Below are positions 10,242 to 23,079 of a stretch of DNA of 64,000 nt, piece after piece. The position numbers were made by a program, and so were the translations under genes. Position 1 is the first letter of the stretch. Each line of letters opens with the position of its first letter. Source of the DNA: Tricharina praecox (Eukaryota); the NCBI RefSeq assembly GCF_024521635.1, contig NW_026250404.1:2294001-2358000 (forward strand), written 5' to 3'. The notes under the pieces were generated by a model that saw only the letters and a list, made by a program, of their open reading frames with translations, was not told the origin of the DNA and made no database searches.

Positions 10242-13200
10242 GGGAGGGGCAGCGGTAGCGGTTGGAGTTTTCCTGGGTTTGCTTTCTTTTCGATTCTGGC
10301 TCATGCTGCTTGTGAGTAGATGTGCCCAATCTTTGGATAGACCTATTTATACTACCTGTTTTTGGCCCTGTACCTAGTCTGAAATACCAGAGTTTCGGGA
10401 AAAGGTCTCCATAGTTTCTTCGACTGTATGTTTTTGTACCTAAGTTACTGCAGGACGGTCAGCAGGTGCCTATAGTAATAGCACCTCTCCCCCTTATGAA
10501 GCATGAATGTGCCACCGACTGCCATAAGCCCACGCAAATATCGAAATGCTAGAGAACATGTGAAGGGACAGATGAGAATACGTTGGAGTCGCCTGGTCTC
10601 AGGGTCACGTACATACAACCGTATAGGCGGTGTTCAGATTCGTAGCCCTTAGTCGACAGGTATATCCAGTCTGGTACATAGCTGCTGATATGTACTGCTC
10701 CACGCGGTCCTCCCCTACGGTACTCCATCTCAGCTGAGGTAGATGCTCAACACGTCGAACTTCTGTTTGATAGCCAGCTTCCACCTATGATTCTATGGTT
10801 CTATGAAGGATGACTACCTTAGGCATCCAGTTAAAAGCCCAAATACCTACTCTGCCTTGCTCAGCGTGTAGGTATCTAGGTAGGTATTCTCCATTCGAGC
10901 TGCCACGCTGCCTTGGTGATTGCCTTTGGTTTTTGGTTTTTGGTTTTTGGGGTTTATGCGCGGAGTAATTGTGCTCTGAGGAACTCTGCTCGGAAGAACT
11001 CTGCGTAGCAGCTATTTTCGCATATGGAAAAATTCCTTGAGTACCGGTAGAGGAGATGGGTTTTTGAGTGATGGTGGGTTTGAGTGGTGGTGGGTTTGAA
11101 ACGTCGAAAAAACTGGCATTTAGACGTTTACCGGTATGGTTTGCGACACTAAGTATCACACCATGCACATATCATCCTGCTATTGAGGCCAACCCGATTA
11201 TCCTTTGCCTGGATTGGTTAACCGTTAGAATGGAGCGAGTTCATCTTATCGCAATAAAGCAAATACCTATTACCTATATCAATACACACCTCGGAAGGGA
11301 CTCGGGAAGGGTGTAGTGTAGTGTGGTGAAGTTCTCCATTTACTGCCCAAACCGAATGAGCTCTCAGCTTTCCCCCCCACTCCACTCCACACAGCTGAGG
11401 GGTTTTTTGTTTACTCATTGTTTGCTTACGACCGAGGTACCTTATCTGTACCTATCATGGCGATATCTACCTACCCAACACTCCGTTTCCTGTCCACTGT
11501 CCACTATCCAATCCGACGTTCCACCATGGCCTTTCCCAGAGACACACGTACGCATGTAGAGCACTAATGAAACAGGTATAGTAGAGCCTGGGAAAGAATG
11601 TAGGCCTCGTCACTCGGCCGCGTCTCCTTCCTGCCTATTATAATATCTCACTCGTTTCGTTGCTTAGTCGCTTATCCGGCCATGACGGCGAGAAGCACTG
11701 GCCGCCTACCACCACTCTTTTCCGTCTTCTCTCGAGGCTTTCAGACTCTCACAATACCTACAATACTTGTTCACACATTCCAACTCTGCGTCTTCATCTT
11801 CATCGGGAGATGCTATGAAGGAGGAGGGAGTAACTCGGGTGAGTCGACCTCAGCGTCCGTAGGATGTCAATCTTCCCACTCCCACAAGGACGCTGTACTT
11901 TCTGCCTCTTCCTCAGCGGACCGCTCCACACGAATAGCCAACGGTCAACCGTCCACTATCCACCTGTCGGCCGGAGTAGCTCGAGTGACACCTCATGCAC
12001 CAATACCAATACCGTCCGTACCCAACTTATAAGTGACAGCACACGAGTGACCAACCAACACCAACGGCAAGCAGCATACGCATCCCCTCCCCCCTCCATT
12101 CCCCCTCGCACCCCCTCCTCCCCTTCCCAATCCCCCATCCCCCATCCTCCGCATTGTAAATCGTGTCTTGGATCAAGTACCACTCGAGTGCCGCTTACGA
12201 CACTTACGAAAGCGCAGACGCGGCCCCCAGAGCAGATCCTAGACCAGACCAGATCCCAGACTGTGGCATCCCATGGGAATCTTACATACATCATAGCATA
12301 GCACAAGCACAAGATGCAACCTGGGATCTGGGATATCTACTGGGTATCTGCATACCAGCTTACCAGCATACCAGGTAGGTAGGCATGATGGTATAGTCCA
12401 CGATCCCTCACCCGCACCTGCACCCGCACTGGCACCGGGGAACCGGGAAACAGCTGATCCCCCCCTCATCCTCCCCGGAGATCCATACCGCACGTGCGTG
12501 CGTGCCTCAGGCCTGCGTGCATCCCGCACTTCCAGGAACTTCACGAACCCCACGAGCCCCACATGCACCATCCAACCATCCACGGCCACCAGCTGCAGGC
12601 TTCGTTTCATCCTCATCATGCTCATCATCATGCTCATCATGCTCATCATCATCATGTTGTCACCATTCACGAACGCTCCTTCCCCCTGCCCCCCCCCCCG
12701 TTCCCCCGTCCGCCCCGTCCGCCCCACTCCCCGCTCTGGGGGCTCTGGGGGTGAGCAGGAGGACCGTCGGTGAGCCAGCCCCCTCCCGGCCCCCCTCCCT
12801 ACCCCAGATCTAGTCCTAGATCCGCTACGATATGGTGTATATATGGTGTATATATGGTGTAGATGATAGTGTAGATATACCTAGTGTAGATATAGTGTAT
12901 AAAAGCTACGTAGAGCATGAAGTCTTCACCCTACTATATATGTCTCGGATATGTCTGCGACCTGAGGATCTGCAACGGATATCTGCGTATATCCGTGGTC
13001 CCACTGGTGGATTTGGACTTGGGTGGCGAGTGATGGGTAGTGATGGTGTATAGTATAGGTACCTACCTGCCCTCCAGTGTCCACGCACCCGCGCACCCAC
13101 GCACCCGCACCCAAGCAGCCACGCATCCACCACACACCTACGCACCCACCAACGAGTACACCTACGCACGCCCTGCATGCCAGCCATCCAGCCCCCCTCC

Positions 13201-15916
13201 AGTTCACTGCACTCCTCCACAACACTCCACTGCAGGCCCTGCACACCGGCTCCTCTCTCCGGCGCCTCTCCGCCCCCCGTCCTCCCGTCCCCCCACCCCC
13301 CCCCGGTCCTCCGCCCCCCCTCCCCGTCCGCCCCGCGTTGCAGCACTGCAGACTGCAGCGGCATGGTAGAGGCATGGTAGAGTAGATGCCAGCAAGATCT
13401 CTACGATACCCGTGTGCACCACGTATCTAGGTAGAGCCCAGGCACCCAGGTAGGTAGGTACCATGCACCTGCGCACCGATCCAGCGGGTTCGAGGTTCAC
13501 CCGCTCATCGGCCTCCACTCCACTGTCATCTCTCCACTGTCATCCCTCCACTGTCATCCCCAGCAGGCAGCTGCTAGGTGGGTAGGTGTCTGCACAGGTA
13601 GGCAGGTAACAGGCAACACTCCTGCCTGACGTCATGGCCATGGGCATGGCGAGCGCCGAGCGTACACACATAGCGGAGCGGTGAGAGATGCTGGACGCTG
13701 GACACGAGCCCTGACGAGCATTGGCGAGCCCTGACAAGTCCTGACAAGCCCATATTCCAAGCCCTGACAACTGACAAGCCCCTACCCCAAGCCCTTCCTC
13801 CAAGCCGTGACGAGCCCTTGGCAAGCCACCGCGAAGCCCTCGAATTACACAGAATTACATATGTAACTACGGCTATGTAACTACAACTACGGGAGAAAGA
13901 GGAGGGGGCGGGAGGCGCGCCGCGCCGCAGGTTCGTTCATTCGTTCATTCATTCATTCATTCATTCGTTCTACGGCCCTCGTTCGTTCTTGCGCTAGAAG
14001 CATCGAGACTGCTCGGGACACGCATCTCAAGTGCCGCAGATGCATCGTCCATCCATCTGGGCGGACCGGCGGCGGGAGGGGAAGGCCTACTCTTTGTAGT
14101 AGTGGCTGCTATACTATAGATAGTAGATGCTGTAGTTAGATGCTGTACTCTGTGTACGTTTCGGCAGTGACCGGTCGGAAGGCAGAAAAAAAACAAAACA
14201 AACAAAAGCAAAAACAAATATGCGTGCAGAAACACGGTGAAATGAGCCACGCAAAACGCCGCCTCGTCATTCATCTCCACCCGCGGACCAGTAGTTTGGG
14301 TTAATGCTGGGTTTGGGGTTTCCAACAAAGTATGTAGAATACTCTAGGGTGTTATGTAGTCCGGGGAAAGTTGAAACAGACGAACAGAACCCAAAAAAAA
14401 AGCAATTGGCAAGCGACCGAGCGGCGTCGGGTCGGGAGCTTCTCACCGCCGGGCCCCTGTCTGTCTGTCTGTCGCAAGGGCAAGGGCAAGGAAGGGTGCC
14501 CAAGCAAGCAAGCCACCGTCGTCGTCGTCCAGTCCCGTCCAGTCCCGCCCAGTCGTCCAGTCCAGTCCGTCTCGTGGAGGTGGAGGGGTCTTAAAAAACT
14601 AGCGAAGGTTACACCGTGCGGCAATGCACGCCAATGCATGTCTCATTCCCGCACCCGGCCGGATCGAGAACGCCAATTTGGGGGGGCTTCGATTGCCAGG
14701 CGGTGTCGTGGTCGTCGTGGTCGACGGCGTCGGCGGCGGTGAGCGCTGCGCTGTGCAAGTATAGTATGTAACCATGGGAGTTATGGACTGGGGTCGTGGG
14801 TTATGCAGCGCGGATCGTCCAGGGCAGGCTGGGGCTGAAGCCGATGGTGAGTATGGACGCGCGATCGACGGGTTTTGTTGGGGCTGGGGTTGGGGTTATG
14901 CATCAGAGGGAGGGGGTTGGATTAGCTGTGGCCCAGCCGGTTGCTTTCGCCACAGCGCCACTGCTGCGACCAGCGAGCAGCGAGCAACGCGCAGCGAGGC
15001 AGTGCCACCCCCAGTGCATAAGTTGCGTCGATGCGTCGAGTTGTGCTGGTCCCGCCCCACGCCGGGATGCACCTGCATCTTTCCTCTACGTAAAGTACTC
15101 CACCTATGCATCCACACTCTGGCATGTCCGCTGGAGGTGCATATCGTTGCCGTGAGACGGCAAGCCATCGGTCCTTAGCCCCCTCGTCCACTCCTCATCG
15201 GACGGATGTCTCTCCACGCCTCATTGGGCTTGACCAACGGCTGTCACTAAAGCCGCGCACTTCCAAAGTTTGTTTGGGCTCGCTTATACGAAAGGCTTGG
15301 AGTTGCGGAACAAGCCGACCGCCATCCTGTCAACGCTTGGAGGAGGCTTGGAGGCTTGGGGGGAAAGCGAGCGACGGCCGCTAGGACAGCGAAAGAGAAG
15401 GGGAGACTCAGAGGCAAGGACCGTGGCTCGCCAAGCAATCCTCCCACGATCGCAACGAATGAAATGAGGCTGGACTACTGCTCGTATTCGCAATGGGGCG
15501 TGCATGCGTGCGTGCGAGAGGAAAGGCCTCTTTGAGTATGTGATCCGGCCCGGGTTTGCAGTGGACGGCATTTGTCAGTTATCGGGAAAGCGGTGCAAAT
15601 GGAATATGCCAATTCAACCAGTGAAGCTGAGGCTGTCGCATCCGATCCCGGTTGGAGAAGGTGACTTTCACTAACCATCCGCCACAGATATGCACATTCA
15701 AGTGGTGGTGGTGGTGGTGGTGGTGGTGATGGTGGTGGTGGGGGGCATCCCGTGGTTGGCGGGCGGTTCACTTGATGCTCAGCTGCCGCAACACTGCACT
15801 TGTCTGCCTATCCCAGATTACGGATCTCTACAAATCGGATGCATTCTTGGGAGAGTCGACTGAGGCAGATAGCCGTGCTTCCGTCTCCCGGCGATCCAAA
15901 GGGTGCCAAACCCAGC

Positions 15917-17906
15917 CTAGGCATCACACCTCCCCACCCACCGCGGAAAAGCTACCACGTCTCGGATGTTTCCCACACCGCTGAGGTAGCAGATCAGTCT
16001 ATCCATGCCCATACCAAAGCCGCCATGAGGCGAGCTGCCATATTTGCGAAGATCCGTGTACCATCGCAACCCGGACTGCTCGATGCCGGCGTCGCCGTCA
16101 CCGGATATTAACCCGTGCGATCGCATATTCTGCACCAACTCTTCGTAGCGATGCTCCCTGAGCGAGCCGCCGATTAGCTCGCCGACGACCGGGAACAGCA
16201 GATCGAAGCATGCAACAGTCCTAGCGTCGCCATGCGACGGCAGCATGTAGAACGGCTTGATTTCGCGGGGGTAATCGGTGACGAATACAGGGCCGTATCG
16301 GCCCGCCAGATATTTCTCGTGCTCGCTCTGGAGACTCTCGCCCCATCGCGCTGGAAACTGAAACTCGACTTTGCCCTGCTCCTCTGCCGCTTGGAGAACC
16401 TCGATGGCGGACAAGTACGTCAACCTCTTCCATCCTCCCGGCTGGACTAGCCCCTCCCACCGTGCTTCTAGTTCCGGCATCATGTCGCCCGAGAGCGCCA
16501 GTATATCCTGGCCAATCCTTGATGTCTTCAGGGCGGATACCAATCGACGTATCATATCTTCAGTCACATTTAACAGGGGGTCCAGCGTCTCAATGAACGA
16601 CAACTCCGCCTCGAGCATGTAAAATTCGCTCAGATGACGGGACGTATCGGATTTCTCTGCCCTGAACGTGGGCGACAGAGTCCACACTCGCGGTAAGGCC
16701 GCAGCCAACGCCTCCAGGTGAAGCTGAGATGAAACAGTGAGGTATTTTGGCGTCCTGAAGAAATGACCATTGCCTTTTTCGTTGGACGAAACCGTGAAGA
16801 CTTCTCCAGCGCCTTCACAGTCCGATGAAGTGATGATGGGAGGATAACATTGCACGAATTCGTTTTCCGCAAAGAAAGATGTCAGAGTCTGGGACATGAA
16901 CGACCGCAACTGCAGCACTGCGGCGTTGAAGGGTATCCTCGGGCGCAGATGAGGGAGAGTCCGAAGGTACTCGGTGGTTTGGTACTTCTTCTGGAGTGGG
17001 TATGTCTACACGGGGATCGGTTAGCTCGACAAGTTCTCAAGCGGGGGTAGCTCCGCGGGAGAGAGCGGGGGTAACTTCAACATACTGCAGGATCTGCCCC
17101 TCCGAGCAGCTGGACATCCGCAGCAACGAGCTCGTTCTGCTGTACAGTGCCCGATCTAGATTGCTTCCATTCCCCGGAGATCCGCACGCTAGAACCTGTC
17201 GATAACCTTTTTTCCACCCAGCAGAGAGACGTCAGCCATGTTTACCAGGGTCCACCGCATAAACCCGTGTCCCTCCCCCCACCGCGCGCGCTCCGTCCGC
17301 CACACAATGTACTCTGGAACGTCTACAGGTGGACGGACATGGTATCTACTCGATATATCGCATCGCTCCGAGATAGCCGGGTATAATCCAACGCACTCAC
17401 CCTGCTACTTGAGGCTTCGCCAGAACAGCCTGTAGGGGCGTAGATGTGGTACCGTCGGTGACGCTTGCGAAACTGACTTTCCCCATACGTCTGACCGACT
17501 TTATCCATCCGTGCACCGTTACGTTGGTGCTATCCGCCCCAATGCCATTGCCAGTCCCAGTCCCAGTGCCGGTGCCAACGTCAATGCCAATGTCCGGCTG
17601 ATCACTTCTTGCGTCGGTTGTGGAGGTGGTGACGGTGGAGGTGGAGGTGGTGGTGGTGGTGGTGGTGGTGGTGGTGGTGTTGGCAGCGGAACCAGGGTGT
17701 AGAAGGGACGCGATGGTCCGTGGGAGTTGCTGCTCAGGCGCCGGACTGGAGTGGGACGGGGCCGACGCAGACGATGGCGTTGGTAATGATGACGAGAAAC
17801 GCGGGTTGATGATTGGGCGCCGCGACGACGGCGGGCAAGCGCGACTGCAGAGGAATTGCCGTGTGGACGGGACCGAGAGCCTAGCAGCACGCGCGCACAT
17901 CGGCAT
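15917..17906 (-). CDS. SLM5: Asparaginyl-tRNA synthetase, probably mitochondrial (~571 aa, exons 17906-17401, 17206-17086, 17005-15917)
   Basis: OB fold (VTVHGWIKSVRRMGKVSFASVTDGT), YPLQKK..EYLRTLPHLR, SSDCEGAGEVF, YLTVSSQLHLE, FRAEKSDTSRHLSEFYMLEAE, PHGGFGMGMDRL. The Arg/Ser-rich N-terminus resembles a presequence. Start may be 17906 or 17900. Confidence 0.92.
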
Positions 17907-18299
17907 GGCGAGCGGTGGGGACGGGAGGAGGGAGCGAGGGAGGAGGGAGCGAGGGAGCGTGGAGGGAGGCACGCAGCGGGGGTCGTTCGCGGAGCCGAGC
18001 AGGGTTGGTGGGGAAGAAAGGAAGGGCACAGGCCAAAAGGATTTGACGTTGGGATGTCTCAGTGGCCCAGCCAATCATAGCGGCCGAGCCATGTCGAGGC
18101 CGACGGTACTAGACATGGTCACGATCAAGCCAACCTCAAGGCAGCGCAGTCACCGCCCCAAAACACGGGAACGACTGCTATCCCTTATTTCCGATACATA
18201 TCCTCGGCGCAAACCCGAGGAGATGCGAGTTACGTAAATGGGCCAGGGGTCTATGCGAGCACAAGCTCAATCCGACAATTCGCGATCGGCACCAAATCT

Positions 18300-18668
18300 C
18301 TGCATCAGGACCGCGAGAGCAGTTTGGGCTTCAAGTAAACTCTTCAAAGGCAGCCGAGTCCACCGCGCTCCCACGTCGGGACCGCAAGAGCAGTTTAGCC
18401 TTCGAGTAAACTCTTCAGAGGTAGCCGAGTCCACCGCGCTCCCACGTCGGGACCGCAAGAGCAGTTTAGCCTTCGAGTAAACTCTTCAGAGGTAGCCGAG
18501 TCGGCCGCGGCATTAACTTTCTGCATCAGGACCGCGAGAGCAGTTTGACCTTCGAGCAAACTGCTCAGAGGCGGCCGAGTCCACTGCGGCATTAACTTTC
18601 TGCATCAGGACCGCGAGAGCAGTTTGACCTTCGAGCAAACTGCTCAGAGGCGGCCGAGTCCACTGCGG
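18300..18668. repeat. Tandem minisatellite, 5 units of 71/79 bp with an internal hairpin
   Basis: GGACCGC recurs at 18308, 18379, 18450, 18529 and 18608. The last two units contain GAGCAGTTTG-N9-CAAACTGCTC. Confidence 0.9.
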
Positions 18669-18889
18669 CCGCCACGGACTTCGTAATAGAGCATTCAACC
18701 ACAGGCAAACGATTGCCGCGCAGACTCGTTCGCTCCATGAACCTGTACGGGTTCGCACTGGCTCCACAGAGGGCCCGTCCCGTACCGAAGAGGAAAAGGA
18801 AAGGACAAGAGGCGGTAAGAGTATTCGGATGTCCGCTGTCGTGATATTCCATCCAGCATAGCATAGGTATGTCAAATCCACCCGCCGCC

Positions 18890-19285
18890 CCGTCGATCCC
18901 ATCTTCTCTCCTGTCGATAGTGCCATATCTATGTGATGGCATATCGAGTGCATCCTTTCCCCCGTCCATCACATCTTCTCTCTTGTCGACGATACTGTAC
19001 TTATGTGATGGCATACCGAGTGCCCCCGTCCATCTCATACTCTCTCCTGTCGATGGTATAGTGGCGGTATAATACCTATGTGATGGCATATCGAGTGTAC
19101 CCGTTCATCTCATACTCTCTCCTGCCGATGGTATAGTGGCGGTATAATACCTATGTGATGGCATATCGAGTGTACCCGTTCATCCAATCCTCTCTCCTGT
19201 CGATGGTGCCGTATCTATGTGATAGAATATCGAGTGCATTCTCTCTCCCGTCCATCCAATCTTCCCTCCTGTCGACGGTGCCGTG
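18890..19285. repeat. Degenerate tandem minisatellite, ~5-6 units of 65-75 bp
   Basis: (C/T)TATGTGATGGCATA-like core at ~18929, 19001, 19076, 19151 and 19216, each paired with CTCTCTCCTGTCGAT. Confidence 0.88.
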
Positions 19286-19794
19286 CCAATCGGTTGGCTG
19301 CGACTGAATGCTCCACCCGGTCGTCCGTGGGTTTCCAAGCCCGACCAGGCCCGCCAGAGTATGTAGCCGCAAATACGCCGAAGACGCATCTCGAGGCGGT
19401 CAAGAGCGCAAAGGCCCATCCACGCACTGGCACGGCTTCGGCCGTGGCCCACTCGGACAGTCCGCATGGAGTGCCCTTGACGCGCAGAGCACCCTCCGAC
19501 CTCATGACTCACCGCTCCCGTCCTATGCACCCGAATCCGTTCAAGTTCATCACATAATGGATACCTTAGGAAAGTAGGTATCGCATCACAACGGCACCAA
19601 CAAACACCATGGGTAATCATCAGCATCATCAGCATCATCGACTTCATGCACACCAACAACGACGGCGCGACCAGAGAAGGCGGGTTGGCGTCCGGCGTGG
19701 GGCCGATACCATGCCGGGTCCCCACTGGTCGCTACAATCGGGGGGACGGATGAGTTGTATGTAGAGACTGTATCATAGCTGGAGAGCCACAATG

Positions 19795-20050
19795 CCGACA
19801 CATCAGACACATCGGACGCGGCCGCATCAGACACACACACACATCAGACACACACACACATCAGACGCCTCACACATCACGCATCACACATCACGCATCA
19901 CACATCACGCATCACACATCCATCCGACGCATCACAACATCACGCATCACACACGCATCACACATCGGACGCATCACACACAAAGACACGAAGACACACA
20001 GACACACAGACATACACAGAGACACACACACACACACCTCGGACACATCG
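19795..20050. repeat. CA-rich low-complexity tract (CACAT/CACGCAT/CAGACA variants)
   Basis: Directly visible degenerate CA-based repeats. Confidence 0.85.
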
Positions 20051-21118
20051 ACACTCCTCCACAGCTGAGCACTCAGCGCATCCCGCGGGGGGGTGTTCCG
20101 GACTTGCACTCGTTCGCCGACTCACCCACTCACGGTGCACATCCCGGCAGTTCGGAGTCTCACCAGCCCATGCACATCGCCCACCACGGAAGCACAGCCA
20201 ATCTCGGGCTTGGCGATGCGCTGGGTCGAACATGGCATTTCGGCGGGCTTGGCTGCATGTGCGATTGGTCACGCTATTTCGAGACTGTCCGCGACTCTCC
20301 CTGGTGTCAGACTGTTGCTTAGGCGTGGACTTTGAATTTGAAGCAGCTTACTACACACTGACTAAGTTAGCACTGAAGTCTGAAGCAGTGAAGCTGCACA
20401 TCCGACCAAGACCTTGGCCCTCCTCCCTGTGCCTCACTCTGCCTCACTCTGCCTGCCTCTGCCACCCTCCCCCTCCGCTTCCACCCCCCCAGCCCGCCGC
20501 CGCTGAGATGGAAACCAGCACATCCGAATCGGTAATGGACTGGCTCCTGGTTCCCCCCTCCCCCTCCAGTTGCTTTTTTCTTCCCCGGAAACAACTTCCG
20601 TTGTGTGTCCTCGCTTCCTCGCTTCCTCGCTTCCTCGCTCTCCCCTCCTCCTCCCTCTCACCCTCCAAATCTCCCCCGACACAGACAACCAAAAGGACCT
20701 CCCCACCGCCCCAGTCTTGGGTCCTGATCACCGACGAAGTGGATTCTCCATGGCGATCGGGAACACTACTCTGCAACTAGGGCCAGAAGCGCTGCCTGGC
20801 CTCGTGAAATGAGGTAACCATGTCCCAGACCCCTAACCCAAACCCCCAAAGCCCCCAAAGCCCCCCATCCCTCTCACAACCCCACCGAAACCGCCTAGGT
20901 ACGTCCCTTCCGCCCCCTCGTCCTCGCGAACCCTCCTCCACCACCACCACCACCCCCCCTCCCTCTCATCGGAACTGGCTCCCACAGTTACAGCACGGCT
21001 ACCCGCCGTCACATCTCATGTTGTCTCTTCGCTTATCTGTTTACCGGGACCCCGGATGACACACACCTTCATCCATCCTCCATCCATCCTCCATCCATCC
21101 TCCATCCATCCTCGCGAA

Positions 21119-21121
<3 letters not shown>

Positions 21122-21171
<50 letters not shown>
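21122..21171 (+). repeat. Poly(A) tract of ~50 nt preceded by (CCATCCT)-type repeats
   Basis: Uninterrupted A run in the sequence. Confidence 0.95.
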
Positions 21172-21173
<2 letters not shown>

Positions 21174-23079
21174 AACAAGCCGTGTAGATTGCCGGCGTGA
21201 ACGGCTGCGTCGAGAGTCACGATTCGGGAGGACCCAGCCCCTCCTCCAGTGCCCCACCAACAACATCGACACTCCCGTGCCCTTAACATCACTTCCTATG
21301 GGATCACGCATGGACCGGCCCGTGACTTGCCGCATGCGGCCTTCTCTGTCCTTCTTGCCCCGTATGACGGACCGGCACCGTTGCTGGTTCGATTGCAAAA
21401 GAAAAGAAAGAAAGAAAGAAAGAAAGGAAAAGAAACGAAGAGAAGAGAAGAGAAAGGAAAAGAAGAGAAGAGAAAGGAAAAGAAAAGAAAAGGGAAGAAG
21501 AAGAAAACCCTGGAGCATTCGGTCGATAGGCAAGTACATGATACCCAGGTACGCATCGTCGTCTTCCCTTTGCGGCGGATAGCGGTCGATGGCGGTGAAC
21601 CGTGAACGTCGTCGTCGTCGTCGTCGTCCCGCGAACAATCCCGTCCGACATGGCTGCCCGGGAAGACGGATCCGCCGCCGCTGCTGCTGCTTCGTCCAGG
21701 GATGTTTCGACGTCGATGGTGGCGGTCCCCATCTGCCCATCTGACGTCTCCGGCCGACCCTACGAGTGTACTCAGCACATACGACGACGAAGAATAAAAT
21801 GAAAAATAGAAAAGCAGAAAAAAATAAACACCGAAAAATAGAAAACAACGTCCCGATGGCTGCAAAACAAAACGTAAGGGCAGATCTAGAACATGTCAGC
21901 CATGTGGCCGGCAAAATCGCTCGGAGGGGGTCTACCGTCGGACCATGCCCTTTCCTAGGGGTCACAGCCCAGTTGCTGACGTAGACGACGAAACGACGTT
22001 AATTGGAGATTGGAACATCCAGCGGAGGAAAGCCTTCAGTGTAACAACCTCCGATTTCCTCATGTGCCCGCTACTACGGACCACCCTAGGGAAAAAGGGT
22101 CTTTACTTTAGCCTTTGCGGACTCTCTCTTGCACCTCTCTCTCTCTCTCTCTCTCGCACGCACGCAAGCTCGCTCGCCTTCCTCTCTACATATCGATCCT
22201 TGGTGCTTTGCTTTTTTTGACTGGTTTCACAGTGTAGATCGCAGCGCTTCTTGTCCGAGGAGTCGATTGGGGCTCGGGGCTCGGGGATGAGAATGGGGAT
22301 GGGGATGCAGTGAGGAGAGAGGGCTAGGACGCTTGGAGAGAGGGAGAGGGAGGGAGGGAGGGACGGAGGGAGGGAGGGAGGGAGGGAGGGGCACGCCGTG
22401 GGATCAGATCTATGGGAGTTTGCCTGACCACGATCCGCTCCCCAACTAGCGAGAGGGAGAGAGGGAGTCGAATTAGAATCGGGTTAGGTGGGATGGTGGG
22501 TCGCGACTCGCCGGCTTCATCAGTGTGTATATATATCCCGTCCAGGTTCCAATCATGTCGAGCAGAATTCAACAGCAGCTCATCATCCTCCTCCTCATCC
22601 TCATAGTCTTCCCCATACTGATACTCATCCTCTTCCTCTCCCTCTTCCTCATCTACATATCTTCCTCATCTGCCTCAGCTGTTCCTGGAAATCTCCCTCG
22701 CCCAGTCTCTGCTTCGAATCATTCATCCACCAGCTCTCCTGCCCATCACATCACCCTCGGACTACCTACTAGTCCACCCAGTCTCCCCTTGCAGCGGCAG
22801 TTTTGGTCCTGCACTCCCCCGTGGCACTCTTGCACGGTACGTAGTAGTAGCATCGTCCCGATACATAAATACGTAGACGAACCTACCAGCCAATCCTCAC
22901 ACGCACTTCCCCAAAGCTTCCCAGCCCTGGATCCATTCGCATCCTCCTCCTCCCAATCCGGCCCGAGCAGCAGTAGCATTGCCGCCGATCCATCCGGTCC
23001 CAGCAGCAACAACACTGCCGTTTCCCGAGCCGGCCCGAGCACCACATCCGCCGTCAGCGCCGACCAACAATCCGGCCCG

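Noticed and set aside
12494..12754. His-rich ORF (HPHHAHHHAHH)
   Set aside because: Explained by a CAT microsatellite, with no other coding signal.
13476..13511. Hairpin containing GGTTCGA, resembling a tRNA T-arm
   Set aside because: No cloverleaf, D-arm or A-box could be built around it.
18592..19164. Minus-strand peptide repeats MPSH.Y...D(K/R)RED suggesting a Kex2-processed repeat precursor
   Set aside because: Frame shifts between units, an in-frame TGA in one unit and no signal peptide. It is a by-product of the DNA repeat.
20831..20850. CCCTAACCC telomere-like motif
   Set aside because: Single unit only.
21069..21965. 298-aa minus-strand ORF with Phe-rich stretches
   Set aside because: Built from poly(A) and AAAG tracts; low-complexity artefact.
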